From NCBI RefSeq assembly GCF_018350175.1, contig NC_058368.1, forward strand, positions 34,970,001 through 35,034,000: 64,000 nt of DNA, in the 5' to 3' direction. The stretch comes from Felis catus. Its lineage: Eukaryota. A program made the position numbers and the translations under genes. Within the stretch, counting starts at the first letter, position 1; every line of letters starts with the position of its first letter. Shown here in pieces: positions 26,061 to 39,789 of this stretch. Under the pieces are notes generated by a model. The model did no database searches. It was not told the origin of the DNA and was given only the letters and a program-made list of their open reading frames with translations.

Positions 26061-29000
26061 AACCTCCATTCAATTTCTGAGAAGTGAAAATGGTGTGGAA
26101 ATCCATATGGGTGTCATGAAACGTGATACAGTTTGCAGCTATTTATGCCTTTATCACCACTCATGCCACTTCTCATGAGTCAGTCTGGCACTACAAAAAT
26201 TCTATAGGCCTGGGAGAAATAGGTTTGTTAATACAGGTGTTCATCTGTCCTGCTTTATCTGCTTTATTCTCTCCATCTTTTATTTGACCATTTACCCGTG
26301 ATCAAATATGTTATTTTCCTACTGCCATCACTTTATTTCTTCAAGATTTCCTATTAGACAATTATTTTAATTCTCCCTCTTTTCACGTTTTATGTTTTAA
26401 CTTTTTTTTATTTCTTTCAAAGTTATATTCTTCTTAAAAGGCAGATGTCAGTTGGTAACAGGGAATTATAGAGTCTTCCTGGGTGGCCTGGAAAAATACT
26501 ACTGGTGTCTAGGCTCCTGGTTCCAGTGAAACCTGAGCAGAGGTAACTCTACTTGGCTGTCCATATTTTTTACATGTATTTGTCCTCAACAGGCCCTTTC
26601 CTTACTATGGATTTACTTATAATGGGATTTCCTGGCTCTCTAAAGCCCCTAACAACTAGTGCTCATGGTGAAAAAGAGCCCCAGAAGAGAGAAACACAAA
26701 TCTAAGAATAATCTCTTATAAATTCCTAATATCGTAGATTTATTGGAATCTTTGTGACTATAGTTCATCTCAAGGGAGAACAAAGTCTATACACGAAGCA
26801 AGCAAATTCAGGTCATAAAAGTATACAAAGATCCACTTGCCAGATGGTTTGTATGAAATAGTGTTCCTTTCCTCTCCTGTATAGAATCTATTCATGCCCA
26901 TGAAGTGAATGCTTCAGTTTCTGGAAGCTTCTTTCAGGGCTTCCTGTCTCTTATGTCAACACCCACCAATAAGAACATCAACATTTAAATGGAATTTTAT
27001 TTAGTCTTTGTTCATTGTGTATATGTTTTTTTTTTCCCTCCCTTAAGGGCATTTCCTTCTTTTTTTGTATAAATATGATGAAAATTCAAATATGTGAAAC
27101 CAATGAAAATAGGCTATCTCTGAGCCTGTGCTTCATTAAATGGAGACTATATTATTAGTACATAATGCATATTAAATATAGTAACCATAATTAGTTTTAG
27201 ATACTATTAAAGAGTTTTAAAGCCCCTTGTAACAAGGCAAGTATGCTAGAGTCCCTGGTGACAGGCAATGCTATTAATAGAGGTTTTGTTAGCTTTCTGG
27301 GTATTTCTTAAATTGTAGGCAGTTGAAAATGCTTACACTCTCTCACTTTATTCATGTCTCTGGGGATGTGGCTCATTCTTCTCTTAGTCTGATGCAATTT
27401 CACATGATATTCTCCCTTTTATGAATCATGCCTCAAATTCTCATGCCTTGGACATCAGTTAAAAATCAATTTTTCATTGATCAATAAGCTCTCACTCCTT
27501 CTGTTTTCATGTAAAAGCAAAGGTGTCTTTCACATATTTCACCGTACCTTAGAATATGGTATGCTTCAAACTTCTCCATTTATACATTTATTATTGTTTC
27601 TTCCATCATACTTAGAATCACTCCCAGTATTCTGAGCTTTTCCTTATGTTTTATGGAGAATTAACAGGCTCTCTTAAATGTTTCAGCCTTTATGTAATAC
27701 TAGGTGGCTAAAATTCTTGTTTCTATTTTCTCCAATTTTCTGCTACATTTCTTTTAAGGCTTAACTTTCTTGGAAGCTTTAATTGGCCCATTTTTAATCC
27801 CTTTTGACATCATGTAATTATTGGTTTCCCTTGTAGGAAAAAGACACCAGACTCTTGTTGTTAAATATAAAATATTTTATTGTGGAACCTCGGTGAGCAC
27901 TTCCAATTGACCTTTTGTGTTTTATGTATGGAGTCAGCACTGCACAATATGACCCTGTGTAGTATTCTAGTATTTTAAACAGATCTTCTTCACTAGCTGC
28001 ACCAGATAATCTTTTGGTTAACTTATGTACCTCCCTAAAGTTGTTGCTATCTTTACTGCAATGACCTTAAGGCTATATTCACTTCTGGCCAATTAAGCTG
28101 TAAATCAGAATTTATCACGAATAGTGGTGCAATTATAGGCTGCAATGAAATTGCTCAACAAAGAGAGATATCTGTACACATTTAGGTTTTGTTTATTTGC
28201 CAAAAAACAGACAAAATTAGAGCAACTGTAGCTGGCTCTACTCCCTCACCCTCTCAAAAAAAAAGTCTATCTGGCATATTTATATCTCATTCTCTTTCTA
28301 AAAATGTGTGCTTCATCCTATATTATTTTATGCACCTTCTGGAAGATTGACTCAAAGGTTAAATTTTATTAGGCATAAAAATAAACTTATAGGTATAATA
28401 TGCAACTACATTTAACCTTGTAAAACATAAAAATTTGTTTAAAATTATTGCACCTTCAGTGATTGTACTGACACTACCAAACGTATCGTTTTGAGTGGCT
28501 AATCACTTTTCTATTTGAAGAATGAAACAGGCAATCTGTGTTGAGTTTGGTCATGAGATGTTCTCATTTACATTTGTAATCTGTGTGAGCTCTAGTCAAC
28601 ACAGGCACCAAAATGTCAACTCTCCACAAGGCCAGAAATCTAAATGAACACAGGACAATTACAGAGAAGTTAAGCATATTTACATTTCTCTGCATTCAGA
28701 GAAAAAGGAAAACAAGACAAAAACACACAGCTGGGAGTATGAACAAGGTGTGGCAGAAGTTGAAGTATCAAATGCACAGTGATAGATATCTTCTAATATT
28801 TATTTTGAAGAAAAGAACTCCTGAAAGTCTGTGATTCCATGAAATGTTGCTTAAGAGCAGTGCTGCCTTAGTGCACAGTGTAAGTCATTTCACCATATGA
28901 TTCAAAGACATATACCATGAATATATTTTACTCTATATTTTATGGGTGGTTTTGTCACCTGGGAGAACTTCTATTTCTTAGTATGGAAAATATCTGTGTA

Positions 29001-29571
29001 CATATTTAATCTTTTGGATTATTACAAATGTATTAAATTTGGACTGATATACAGAGTTGAAGATAATCAGTTTAAATACTCATTGAAGAGTCCATTCAAA
29101 GCTAAAGTATTTTATTTTATTTTATATTATTTTATTTTATTTCATTTTATTTTATGTTATCTTTGATTTCAAGTTTTTATTTAAATTCTCGTTAGATAAA
29201 ATATATGGTAAATTTGGTTTCAGGTATAGAACTCAGTGAATCATCACTTATATACAATTCCCAGTGTTCAGCACAAGAACACTCCTTAATATCCATAACC
29301 CATTGAATCCATCCCCCTGCTCACTTCCACTCCAGCAACCCTCAGTTTATTCTCTATGTTTAAGAGTCTGTGTATAGTTTGCCTCTCTTTTTTCCCCTTA
29401 TGTTCATCTGTTTTGTTTAACTTCCACATATGCATGAAATCATTTGGTATTTGTCTTTATTTGACTGATTTATTTCACTTAGCATAATACACTCTAGCTC
29501 CATCCACATCATTACAAATGGCAAAATTTCATTCTTTTTGATGACTGAGATTTATTCCATTATGTATTTTT

Positions 29572-29576
29572 ATGTG

Positions 29577-29630
<54 letters not shown>
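29572..29630. repeat. (TA)n(CA)n microsatellite in L1
   Basis: Seen directly. Confidence 0.95.
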
Positions 29631-29631
<1 letters not shown>

Positions 29632-30734
29632 CATATTTTTTGTATCCATTCATCAGTCGATAGACATTTGGACTCTCTATAGTTTGGCTATTGTTGATAA
29701 TTCGGCTATAAACATTGGGGTGCATGTGCCCCTTCAAACCAGCATTTTTGTATCCTTTGGTAAATACAATTTCTGGGTCATAAAGTAGTTCTACTGTTAA
29801 CTTTTTAAGGAACTTCCATACTGTTTTCCAGAGTGGCCTCACCAGTTCACACTCCCACTAATAGTGTAAGAGGGTTATGCTTTCTCTGCATCCTCACCAA
29901 CATTTGTTGTTTCCTAAGTTGTTAATTTTAGCCATTCTGACAGGTGTGAAGTGGTATCTCATTGTGGTTTTGATTTGTATTTCCCTAATAATGAGTGAGG
30001 TTGAACATCTTTTCACATGCCTGTTAGCCATCTAGATGTTTTCTTTGGAAAAATGTCTGTTCATATCTTCTGCCCATTTCTTAACTGGATTACTTATTTT
30101 AGAGTTGTTAAGTTTGATAAGTTCTTTATAGATTTGGATACTAACCCTTGATCAGACATGTCATTTGCAAATATCTTCTCCCATTCTACAGGTTGTCTTT
30201 TAGTTTTGTTGATTGATTCCTTCACTGTACAGAAGCTTTTCATTTTGATGAAGTCCCAAAAGTTTATTTTACTTTTGTTTCCCTTGCCTCTGGCGACGGG
30301 TCTAGTAAGAAGTTGCTATGGCTGAGGTCAAAGAGGTTGCTGCCTGTGTTCCCCTCTAGGATTTTGATGGTTTCCTGTCTTACATTCAGGTCTTTCATCC
30401 ATTTTGAATTTATATTTGTATATGGTATAAGAAAGTTGTCCAGTTTCATTCTTCTGCATGTTGCCATCCATTTTTCCAAACATCATTTATAAAAAAGACC
30501 GTAATTTTTCCATTTGAAACTCTTTCCTGCTTTGTCGAAGATGAATTGACCATAGAGTTGTGGGTTCACTTCTTGGGTTTTCTATTGTGTTCCATGGATC
30601 TATGTGTCTGTTTTTGTGCCAGTACCAAACTGTCTTGACTACAGCTTTGTAAGGTAGCTTGAAACCTAGAATTGTGATGCCTCCAGCTTTGCTTTCTTTT
30701 TCAGGCTTGCTTTGGCTTAAAATCTAGTTTCTCT

Positions 30735-30934
30735 GTGGTATCTGGGTGGCTCAGTTGGTTAAGCATCTGACTCCTGACTTCAGCACAGGCCATCATCTCA
30801 TGGTTCATGGGTCTGAGCCCCATGTCGGCCTCCATGCTGACAGCACAGAGCATGCTTGGGATTTACTCTCTCTCCATCTCTCTCTGCCCCTGCTTGTACC
30901 CTGAATCAAAATAAATAAATAAACATAAAAAAAC
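30735..30934 (+). mobile_element. Can-SINE at the L1 deletion junction
   Basis: TSD aaaatctagtttctct (30719-30734) / aaaatctagtttgtct (30935-30950). Confidence 0.95.
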
Positions 30935-32124
30935 AAAATCTAGTTTGTCTGATATAATTATGGATACTTTGGCTTTCTTTTGATGTCCATTAACATGATA
31001 GATGATTCTCCATACCCACACTTTCAATCTCCAGGTGTCTTTAGGTCTAAAATAAATCTCCCATAGGCAGCATATAGATGGGTCTAGTTTTTTACCCATT
31101 CTGATATCCTATGTCTTTTGATTGGAGCATTTAGTCCATTGACATTCAGAGTGATTATTGACACATATGAATTTAGTGTCATCGTGTTCCCAGTAAGGCT
31201 GGTGTTTGTGGTGATGTTCTTTGTTCCTTTCCAGTTTTTGTTGTTTCAGGTCTTTCCCACTGAAAGGGTTCCCTTTAATATTTCTTGCAGGAATGGGTTA
31301 GTGGTCACAAAATCCTTTATTTATTTGTTTTGTGTGGGAAATTCTTCATCTCTCCTTCTATTCTAAATAACAGCTTTGCTGGATAAAGTATTCTTGGCTG
31401 CATATTTTTTCCATTCAGCACATTGAATGTATCCCGCCATGCTCCTCAGGCCTGCCAAGTTTCTGTGGAGATCTGCTGTGAACCTGATTTGTCTCCCTTT
31501 GATGGTTAGGGATTTCTTTCCCCTTGTTGCTTTCGGGATTCTTTCCTTATCTATTTTGCAAATCTTACTATGATATGTCTTGGTGATAACTGGCTTTTAT
31601 TGAATTTGCTGGGAGTTCTTTGTGCTTCCTGGATTTGGATGTCTGTTTCCTCTCCCAGATTAGGAAAGTTTTCAGCTATAATTTGCTCCAAAAAACTTTC
31701 TGCCCCTTTTCCCCTTTTTTGTTCTGGGAATCCTATGATATAAATGTTATTACGCTTTATGGAGTTGCCACGTTCCCTAAGTCTACATTTGTGAACCACT
31801 TCTTTTCAGCTTCATTATTTTCCATAATTTTATCTTCTATATCACTGATTTGTTCCTCTGCTTTGTCCATCCAGTTTTGCATCTCAGTTATAGCATTTTT
31901 AAAAATTTTAGTCTGAATAGTTTTCAGTTCCTTTATATCTGCAGTAAGGTATTCTCTAGTTTCTTCTTTGCTCTTCTCAGGCCGAGCTAATATCCTTATG
32001 ATTGTTGCTTTAGATTCTGGTTCAGGCATATTACTTATATCTGTTTGATTAAGTATATGGCCAGGTCCTTTTCTTTTTCTTTCTTTTGGGGTGAATTCCT
32101 CCCGCCTGTCATTTTGTCTAGGTC

Positions 32125-32126
<2 letters not shown>

Positions 32127-32171
<45 letters not shown>

Positions 32172-32173
32172 GT
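32127..32173. repeat. (TG)n microsatellite
   Basis: Seen directly. Confidence 0.95.
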
Positions 32174-35100
32174 TAGGAAAGTCTGTTATATTTCCTGCTC
32201 CTGAGAGTAATGGCTATATTAAGGAGAGGTCCTATACTGACTAGGGTCTGGCACTTCAGGAAGGATTTCAGAGTGTGCACTCTGCCATTGTGTTTTGGCT
32301 GCCCTTTCCCTCGGGTTGTTTCTCTGCAGAATTTCTTCTTGTCTGCAGTGTGGGATGCTTGGACCTTGTCCAGTGTGTGGAATTTTTACTAAGTGTGATT
32401 TGGTCTTCTTGTTAAAATAAGCCTGATCCTATTTCCACTAAAGCTAAAACTTTGCAGCATTCTATGATCAGTAGAGTTGGTACATGCAGAGGGTTTGTGC
32501 TGGTCTTTGGGGGGAGGATCCTGCTACAATGGTTCTCAGGCAGACTTGCCCTAGTAAAGATGCACCTGCAGGGCACAGGGGCATGGGGCTTGGTGTAAGC
32601 AACTCCCGCCTCCACTGGGGGCTCCGTGCTGCTCACTGAAGTCTGTCTGCACTGATGGGTGGGGAAAAATTGTACCACCCTGCTCTCTTGTCTCTAGAGT
32701 GGGGAGTTCATGCTGCTGTTCAGGAAGCCTTCACAGAAGAGAGAACAATCTACCCTTGTGTCCCAGGCTTCCATTAGAACCCTGCCTTCACCCTATCTGT
32801 GTCTCAGCCATGTGTCTGCTTGGCAGCACAGTGCTCCTTTGTTTCATCTCAGGTACATGGCTAGGTTTCCAGACTCCAAACTATAGGGACCCAGTGCAGC
32901 ACAGAACAGCACTGATCCTCTGGAGGAGCGTCTCGCTGCACTGCAGCTGATGCCAGTTTGTCCCAGAAAAGCAATCACATGACCTCAAAAGGATCATGCT
33001 AAACCTCATAAGTTTATGGAAAAGTATAGCCAAAAGCTGGTGTCCAGATTAGCTGCTTTCAGCAGGTGCTTCTGTGGCTATGCTAATCAACAAGGCCACT
33101 CAAGTTGTGTCTGCCTTCTCTTTTGTCCCCTGAGAGGCAGTGCCACCCATCCCAAATGCACTCCAAGAAGGGAACCCGTTTCTCCCCATATGACCAGGGG
33201 ATCCTCAGACCACTCTGTATGCTCCCAGGACTCTGACCTCCTTCCCCTAAGCCTGCCATGCATGACCCCAGTGATGGCGCAGACTTCCAAAACTTCAGAC
33301 TTTGAACTCTGCTATTTTAAATAACTTGCAATAATCAGCCCCTCTCCTTTTCCCAGTCAATGGTTTGGGGGGAGAGTTTTTATTGTGCAATCCCTGAACT
33401 ACTTTCTCTTTCTCTTTTCTATGTGATCAGTGTTCCCTCACCTCCATAGTACTCGCAATTTTTTTCTTCCCCAAATCAACTCTCCACAACCCTTCCCTTC
33501 CACGATGTGGCTGTTTTTCTCCCTCTAGATGTGCAGTCTGTTCAATCCTGAGATCAATTTGTTGGGTGTTCAGAATGATTTGATATTTATCTGGCTGTGT
33601 TGGAGGGACAAGACAACTATAGGGACCTTCTACCACAACTCCTCTCTACCAATGCTGAAGTATTTTAATATTAAATAGACATTTAAAAGTTTCAGCTACT
33701 TAAATTAATTATGAACCATTTTACAAATTAGGTATCAAGCAACTCATTATATAATACACAACTCATTTACTTATAAAGATAATAGTAAACTTAATGACTA
33801 TGTCATGCAAATGATGTTGTAATTGGCATATTACCAAATAGCCTAATAATAGCCTAATAATAGCAAGTCCTTTACTTAGAAAAAAATGTGTCCTGCCATT
33901 TCTTTAAGAATTATTTTAAAGACAGGATTTCGTTTCAGTAAATATTAATGTGTATTTGGGGGCTACTCAAAAATATAATTGATTATATGCTTTGTTGTAT
34001 TCCTCTTGATCACTTTTAAATCCTGAAATATACTTAAACTCCTGGGTATTCTCCATTTAAAATGTATTTATATTTATATATTGCATTCAGACAATTTTCT
34101 AATTTTTTAGGTCTTCTATACTTTAGTCAAGGTATCATGCTCCATATAAAACTTCTGCTTAATCTAAAACATGGAATGCAAGCTCCCTTAGTTACTTCAT
34201 AATTGCTCAAAATAGGCATCTGTGAGTTACTCTAGGGGTTACAACAGTGAATCTAAAAACTTTTTATCCTTTAGAAAAGGAAAAGAGACCAAGGCACCTA
34301 TAACCAGAATACAATGTAAATTATAAAAACTAGCATTATAGACTACGTAAATCCTCAAAAGAGGACACTAGAAAGAGACAGTCTGCAGTGTGGTATAGGG
34401 AAATGACAGGATAGTAAAGAAGGAACCTAGGAAATGGTTTCTTAGTTAAGCTTTAATAAAGAAGACTCTGATACACAGAAGTAGGATGCTTCAGGCTGAC
34501 TTTTGCAATCCTTTCATTATTCAAGATGGCCAGAGGATGACTTAGTGAATGGCCCAGCATGGTAAGAAGACTGTATGAGCACAGAAGCCATGGAAAAAAA
34601 GGTGGACAGAAACTAGGATAGGGGGCCAGGATTAGTAATAATTGTGAGTGAGGCTCACCTATAAATTTTGGGAGACCTGAGGATTTCGAATGGATAATTA
34701 CAATTATAATTTTAGAACTTTAGAAACTGTGTCACTTTAGAAACTCTAAATTGCCTTAATTTTTATTATTGACTAAAACAGGCACAAAGGGATCATTTGG
34801 CAATACATGGACTGACTAGCAGTGAGAGGCCATAAGGGTCTACTTGAGGGCATACTAATGAAATTGAAAAGAGGGGACACATCTAAAGGTTATGATAGAG
34901 TTAACATTGAAAGAATGTGAATTTGTAAGAATATGCAAAATACCATAGATACAGAAGAGGAGTATCTAAATCTGGAGGAAACTTTTAGGGAAAACAGAAA
35001 AGAGTCAATGAAGAAGAGAAGTTATATGAATTTTTTATAATCCAATTCATAGCCTCCCTCATCTTCATGAAGCATTCTTAACTACTGTCATTAATAGAGA

Positions 35101-35499
35101 ATTCATTTTGCAGTAAGTGTAATTTACGAGTGCTAAGTTAGGAAATTGTCTAGTTTCAAATCCAAAATCAACTATGGGATCTTACACAAATCACTGAAAC
35201 TCTCTGAGGCTCTGTATAAACTCTCTGAGGTTCTGCTTCCTCATCAGGAAAATAAAGAGAATAATTGTACCTTCACAAAGGTCTATGTTACCTTTTACTT
35301 TCAGGGCTCCAAGCATACCTACTAAATTTAATGACTTTGTGTGATTAAATTTTGTATAACCTCTATATTTAGCTTGGTATCTGCAAAGAAGAATCTTCCA
35401 TGTTTTGTCAAGAATATGCTCCAGATCCTTCCTATTCACAGGGCTATAAAGACTAAAGCTTAAATCAACCCAATAACTCCTTGCAAAATACAACATCAA

Positions 35500-35810
35500 T
35501 TTCTTCACTCATCCATCTATTCGATTAAACTGTATTTATTGAGAACATACTATGTTTCAGACATTACATTAAAGAAGAAGAATCAGCAGAGCTAAGGTCT
35601 CTACCCCCATAAACATTAGATCATAATAAGAAAAGAAAAACAATAAACAAATATACAAACTACCCTGAAAATAAAGGATGAGAAAGCCCCATGGGTGATG
35701 ATGGTGATGAGCAAAGCAGTAGCCATCATAGTGGCCAGGGAAATCTGAGATATGGCGGATGAACAAGAGCCAGTCATACATGGGAAGAAGGTCCCAGGAA
35801 GATCTTTGAT
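35500..35810 (-). mobile_element. L2 3' end, antisense
   Basis: tcactcatccatctattc...tatttattgagaacatactatgtttcagaca. Confidence 0.6.
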
Positions 35811-36289
35811 GATCAGTTCCTCTATTCACACCTCAGTCATCTCAGTTACATGGTGTGTCCCGAGTAATGTGTTTCTAGATTACTAATAACAATCAAGCTA
35901 TTTACCCTCTCTTTGCCTCTTTTTGCATCTTAAAAATTGGTCTAAATTAGTACATGCCTCTTGGGATTATTGTGAGGATTAAAAGAGTTAACAGATGAAT
36001 TAGGTCTAAATACTACTAATAATAGCTTTGAAGTTTGTATATGATTTCTTTTTACATATATATGTGCTTATAAACTTGCATATACCTACATATATGCATA
36101 TTGATATTTGTAACCAAATAAATACACAAATAGGTGTGGTTAACATATATAGTTAAAATATATATGTTGTTAAAATAGATGGACGATCATCTTTATTTTA
36201 ATGCTATTCTTGCTTGTTTTCCAACATTTTATGGAGAATTTAAAAAGTGAAAGTGCTACAGCTAGCGTTACAATTTGCATATACTACAG

Positions 36290-36648
36290 AGTATGCCTGC
36301 ATTAGGATGCTGCAGTGACAAAAAATCCTAAAAATTTCAGTAATTAATGAAATACAGCTGATTTATTACACATGCAAAGGCTACAGCAGATCAGACAGTC
36401 CTCCTCCATATTGCAGATAAGTCATTAGAAACAGGGAGCTTCCCAGACACCCTGAAAAGTGAAGAGAAGTCTTGATAATAATGGCAAGTAAAAAGGACAG
36501 ACTGAAAAAGGGTGGTCTCATACTTCGGCCAGAACTCAGTCAGGTGGTCCAACCTACGTGCAACCGGGATGCAATAATATAGATTTAGAGATTTCCGATG
36601 TGACCAGCAAGAGGAAATGTACAAACTCATAAGATTGCCTCTGCCACA
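36290..36648 (-). mobile_element. MLT1-type solo LTR, very old
   Basis: ttaggatgctgcagtgacaaaaaatcc start; ggccagaactcagtcaggtgg; ends tctgccaca. Confidence 0.5.
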
Positions 36649-37199
36649 GTACCCAGTGGATTGAGTTGGATGTTTGAATACATATAAAAATTTATAGTTG
36701 TCACAGTGGAACATAATACTTTCATAACATTTGCTTCAACAGACAAAATAACAACCCATAAATCTGACATATTTGGATTCAGCTCTATCTCTCTAGATTA
36801 GAGGGCAAAAATATATTATTTATTTTGCACAAAGCTCCTTCTCAACACCAATTTCTCCCTATTTCTAGTATTGTTCAGATGGATTAAAAGAAGCATACTT
36901 ATATATGCATTATAAACTATAACTGCAATGTAGTATAAAAACATGTTATTACTGTCATTCAATATGTAATATTTGTAAAATATATTAATATACAAGTACA
37001 CACACACATACACACACTAACATGCACTGCCTTATAGTAACTCATAAATTACTATCTAGATCTGCTATTTTACTCATTTTGAATATTTTCACAAATCTCC
37101 AGCCACAAAGTAAAATCTTTCAGGGTGTATGGAGTCATAAGAGACTGGGAATGCTAAACTGGCCAGCTCTCAATAAATTTTTGTTGAATGAGTAAAACA

Positions 37200-37620
37200 A
37201 GGTCAGTTGGTGGAGATTTCATGCCAGGCTGAGGAATCTGGCGTTTATCCTATATAAGGATAACCATAAGAAGTTCTGAGCTGAGAAACAGCATGATGAA
37301 AACAGTAATTTAGAAATGTTACTATGTCATTGGATACACAAATGATGAGAGAGGAAAGGCTGGAGAGAAAACTAATCAAGAAGCTATTGCAGTAATTCAA
37401 TATAGGGTCTGCACTTACACAGTGGTTATGGAAAGAGAAATAAGGAGAAAATATTAGAGACGTTTTAAATTTAAAAAAATGGTGAATTATTGAATGGTGA
37501 GTTATTGACCATACAGGGAGGAGAGAAAAAAATCAAAGATTATTTCAAGATACCGAACTTAGGAGCTAGGAAGAAAGTGACACCATTGACAGAGAAAGGG
37601 CCACATAAATGGAGTGATTT
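37200..37620 (-). mobile_element. L2 fragment, antisense
   Basis: ggaagctattgcagtaattca, gctgaggaatctggcgtttatcct and caccattgacagag motifs. Confidence 0.55.
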
Positions 37621-38886
37621 GAAAGAATCACACACACTTATTTGCCAGAATACTTGCCAGTAATTCTTCTATCTGATATATGTGTGAAAGGGTGCATGCA
37701 CATTAGTCATGATGAATTAAAATTATTTTATTCTAAGATACTCTCATAAAACAATAGTAAACTCCATTTTGGCGGTTGCAATAACATTTTTAATATTAAT
37801 TTAGGTTATGGAGCTACAAAACACTATCAATACAATTCTCAAAAACAGGCTCACTAAAGTAAATAAGCATCATTTTCACTTCTAAGTTAGAAGGGAAATT
37901 TTTTCAACTATATACTGTAAAATATGCCACATAGTTTTTTGTCATAATTAGACCTAGGCAAAACCACTGTGTGAGCTTTCCATCCCAAGTTAAAATTGTC
38001 CATAATTCCTTGATTTTATTTATAGGGATAACATTTATGCTGACTTATAAATTAAGTAATGGAATTAATCTGACATTTTTCCTGTTATCCGTTAAATGAT
38101 TTTGTTTATCAAATTGCTTTGTTTTGAACTAAACTCAATAGAAATTTCCTCATCCAATAAAATATTCCAATTCAATTTTCATTCAAGTAAGTGAATTCCC
38201 ACCACATAAAGAAAATTCAGCCCCCAAACATTTCTTTGTTGCTTTAAGAACTATTAAAAGCATCCACAAGAACTATTATGGGGCTTGTCCTTCCTTCCTG
38301 ATGGAATTTGCAGGAAGAGGAAATATGTGTATAAAGAAAAGAAAGAATTATAAATAACAGCATTTCTAGGACTCAGGCTTCTCCTGGACTGACCCTCTTT
38401 CTGGAGGAAATATCTTTAGTTCAGGCAAAAAAGCCTTTATTTCCAGTGAAATAAACTGGAAATTCCTTTGAAGGCTTACTAAAAACCTATTTCCTCAATA
38501 TTTTCTAATTATACAGAGTACCTATTATACAATAAAGGAGATGATTATAAGCAAAACCATATGTCAGTTTCTGTGCTTTTTCCACTGAAGACTGGAGATA
38601 CAAGGAAGAGAAAGATATACAAATTTGTCAAACATCTATTTCCCAATACTTCTTGCATGGGTTATCAGACTGAATTCTTACTAACTTTATGAAGTTCATC
38701 CTAATTTTATATTCTGCATTTTGCAGATGAAGGAACTGAGGGTTTTTTGTTTGTTTTTTTTTTTAATTAAAGTCATATAACTTCTTTACTTTATCAAATC
38801 TAAATTAGTCTTGTTTTTAGACATACTATTATTTTATACAGAACAAAAGGGAGAAAAAAAAATAGTCAACTAGAAGGCACCATTTA

Positions 38887-39062
38887 TTACCCAAAGGATG
38901 CAAAAATGCTGATTTGAAGGGGCACATGCACCCTAATGCTTATAGCAGCATTATCAACAATAGGCAAACTATGGAAAGGACTCAAATGTCCATTGACTGA
39001 TGAATGGATACAGGATATGTTTGTGGGCTGTGTGTGTGCGCACACGCGCATATGTATATGTG

Positions 39063-39100
<38 letters not shown>

Positions 39101-39732
39101 TATGATGGAATATTACTCAGATATCAAAATGAATGAAATCTTGCCATTTGCAATGATGTGGATGGAGCTAGGGTATATTATGCTAAGTGAAATGAGTCAG
39201 TCAGAGAAAGAAAAATATCATATGATTTCACTCATATGTGGAATTTAAGAAACAAAACAGATGCACATAGGGGGAGGGAAAAAAAGAGACAGGAAAAGCA
39301 AACAATAGGAGACTCATAGAGAACAAACTGAGGGTTGCTGGAGGGGAGGTAGTTGGGGGATGGGTTAAATGGGTGATGGATATTAAGGAGGACGTTTGTT
39401 GTGACGAGCACTGAGGGTCATATGCAAGTGATTAATTATACACCTGCAACTGATATTACCATATATGTTAACTAGAATTTAAATAAAAACTTAAGGGGCA
39501 CCTGGGTGGCTCAGTTGGTTGAGCATCCCACTTCAGCTCAGGTCATGGTTTCACGGTCCATGAATTCAAGCCCCATGTGGGGCTCTGTGCTGACAGCTCA
39601 AAGCCTGGAGCCTGCTTCAGATTCTGTGTCTCCCCTTATCTCTGCCCCTCCCCCACTCACACTCTGTCTCTCTCTGTCTCTCAAAAATGAATAAATGCTA
39701 AAAAATCTAAACAAAAAAAACTTGAAATAAAA
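38887..39732 (+). mobile_element. 5'-truncated carnivore L1 3' end with a SINE in its tail
   Basis: ttacccaaaggatgcaaaaatg...gaaatcttgccatttgcaa...gagaacaaactgaggg; TSD aaggcaccattta (38874-38886) / aaggacaccattta (39733-39746). Confidence 0.95.
39495..39708 (+). mobile_element. Can-SINE (felid type)
   Basis: ggggcacctgggtggctcagttgg head; inserted at the aaaaactt end of the L1. Confidence 0.96.
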
Positions 39733-39789
39733 AAGGACACCATTTAAGGATACATCACTATTTCAGAAATAATAAAAGGTGATCACATG

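Larger units (their letters stand above)
29115..33649 (-). mobile_element. Carnivore LINE-1 with both ends present and a large internal ORF2 deletion
   Basis: (TATTT)n tail at about 29115-29160; ORF2 C-terminal remnants; EN start TLNVNGLNAPIKR near 31115-31155; ORF1 remnant LEQIIAENFPNL; 5' UTR homologous to 13449 onward; 18-bp TSD caaagctaaagtatttta (29097-29114) / caatgctgaagtatttta (33650-33667). Confidence 0.97.

Noticed and set aside
26420..26700. Possible ancient LTR remnant
   Set aside because: Too diverged to name or bound from sequence alone.
33837..33864. Short tandem micro-duplications (also near 10602, 35198, 40864, 53875)
   Set aside because: Ordinary slippage products; no spacer-repeat (CRISPR-like) organisation.
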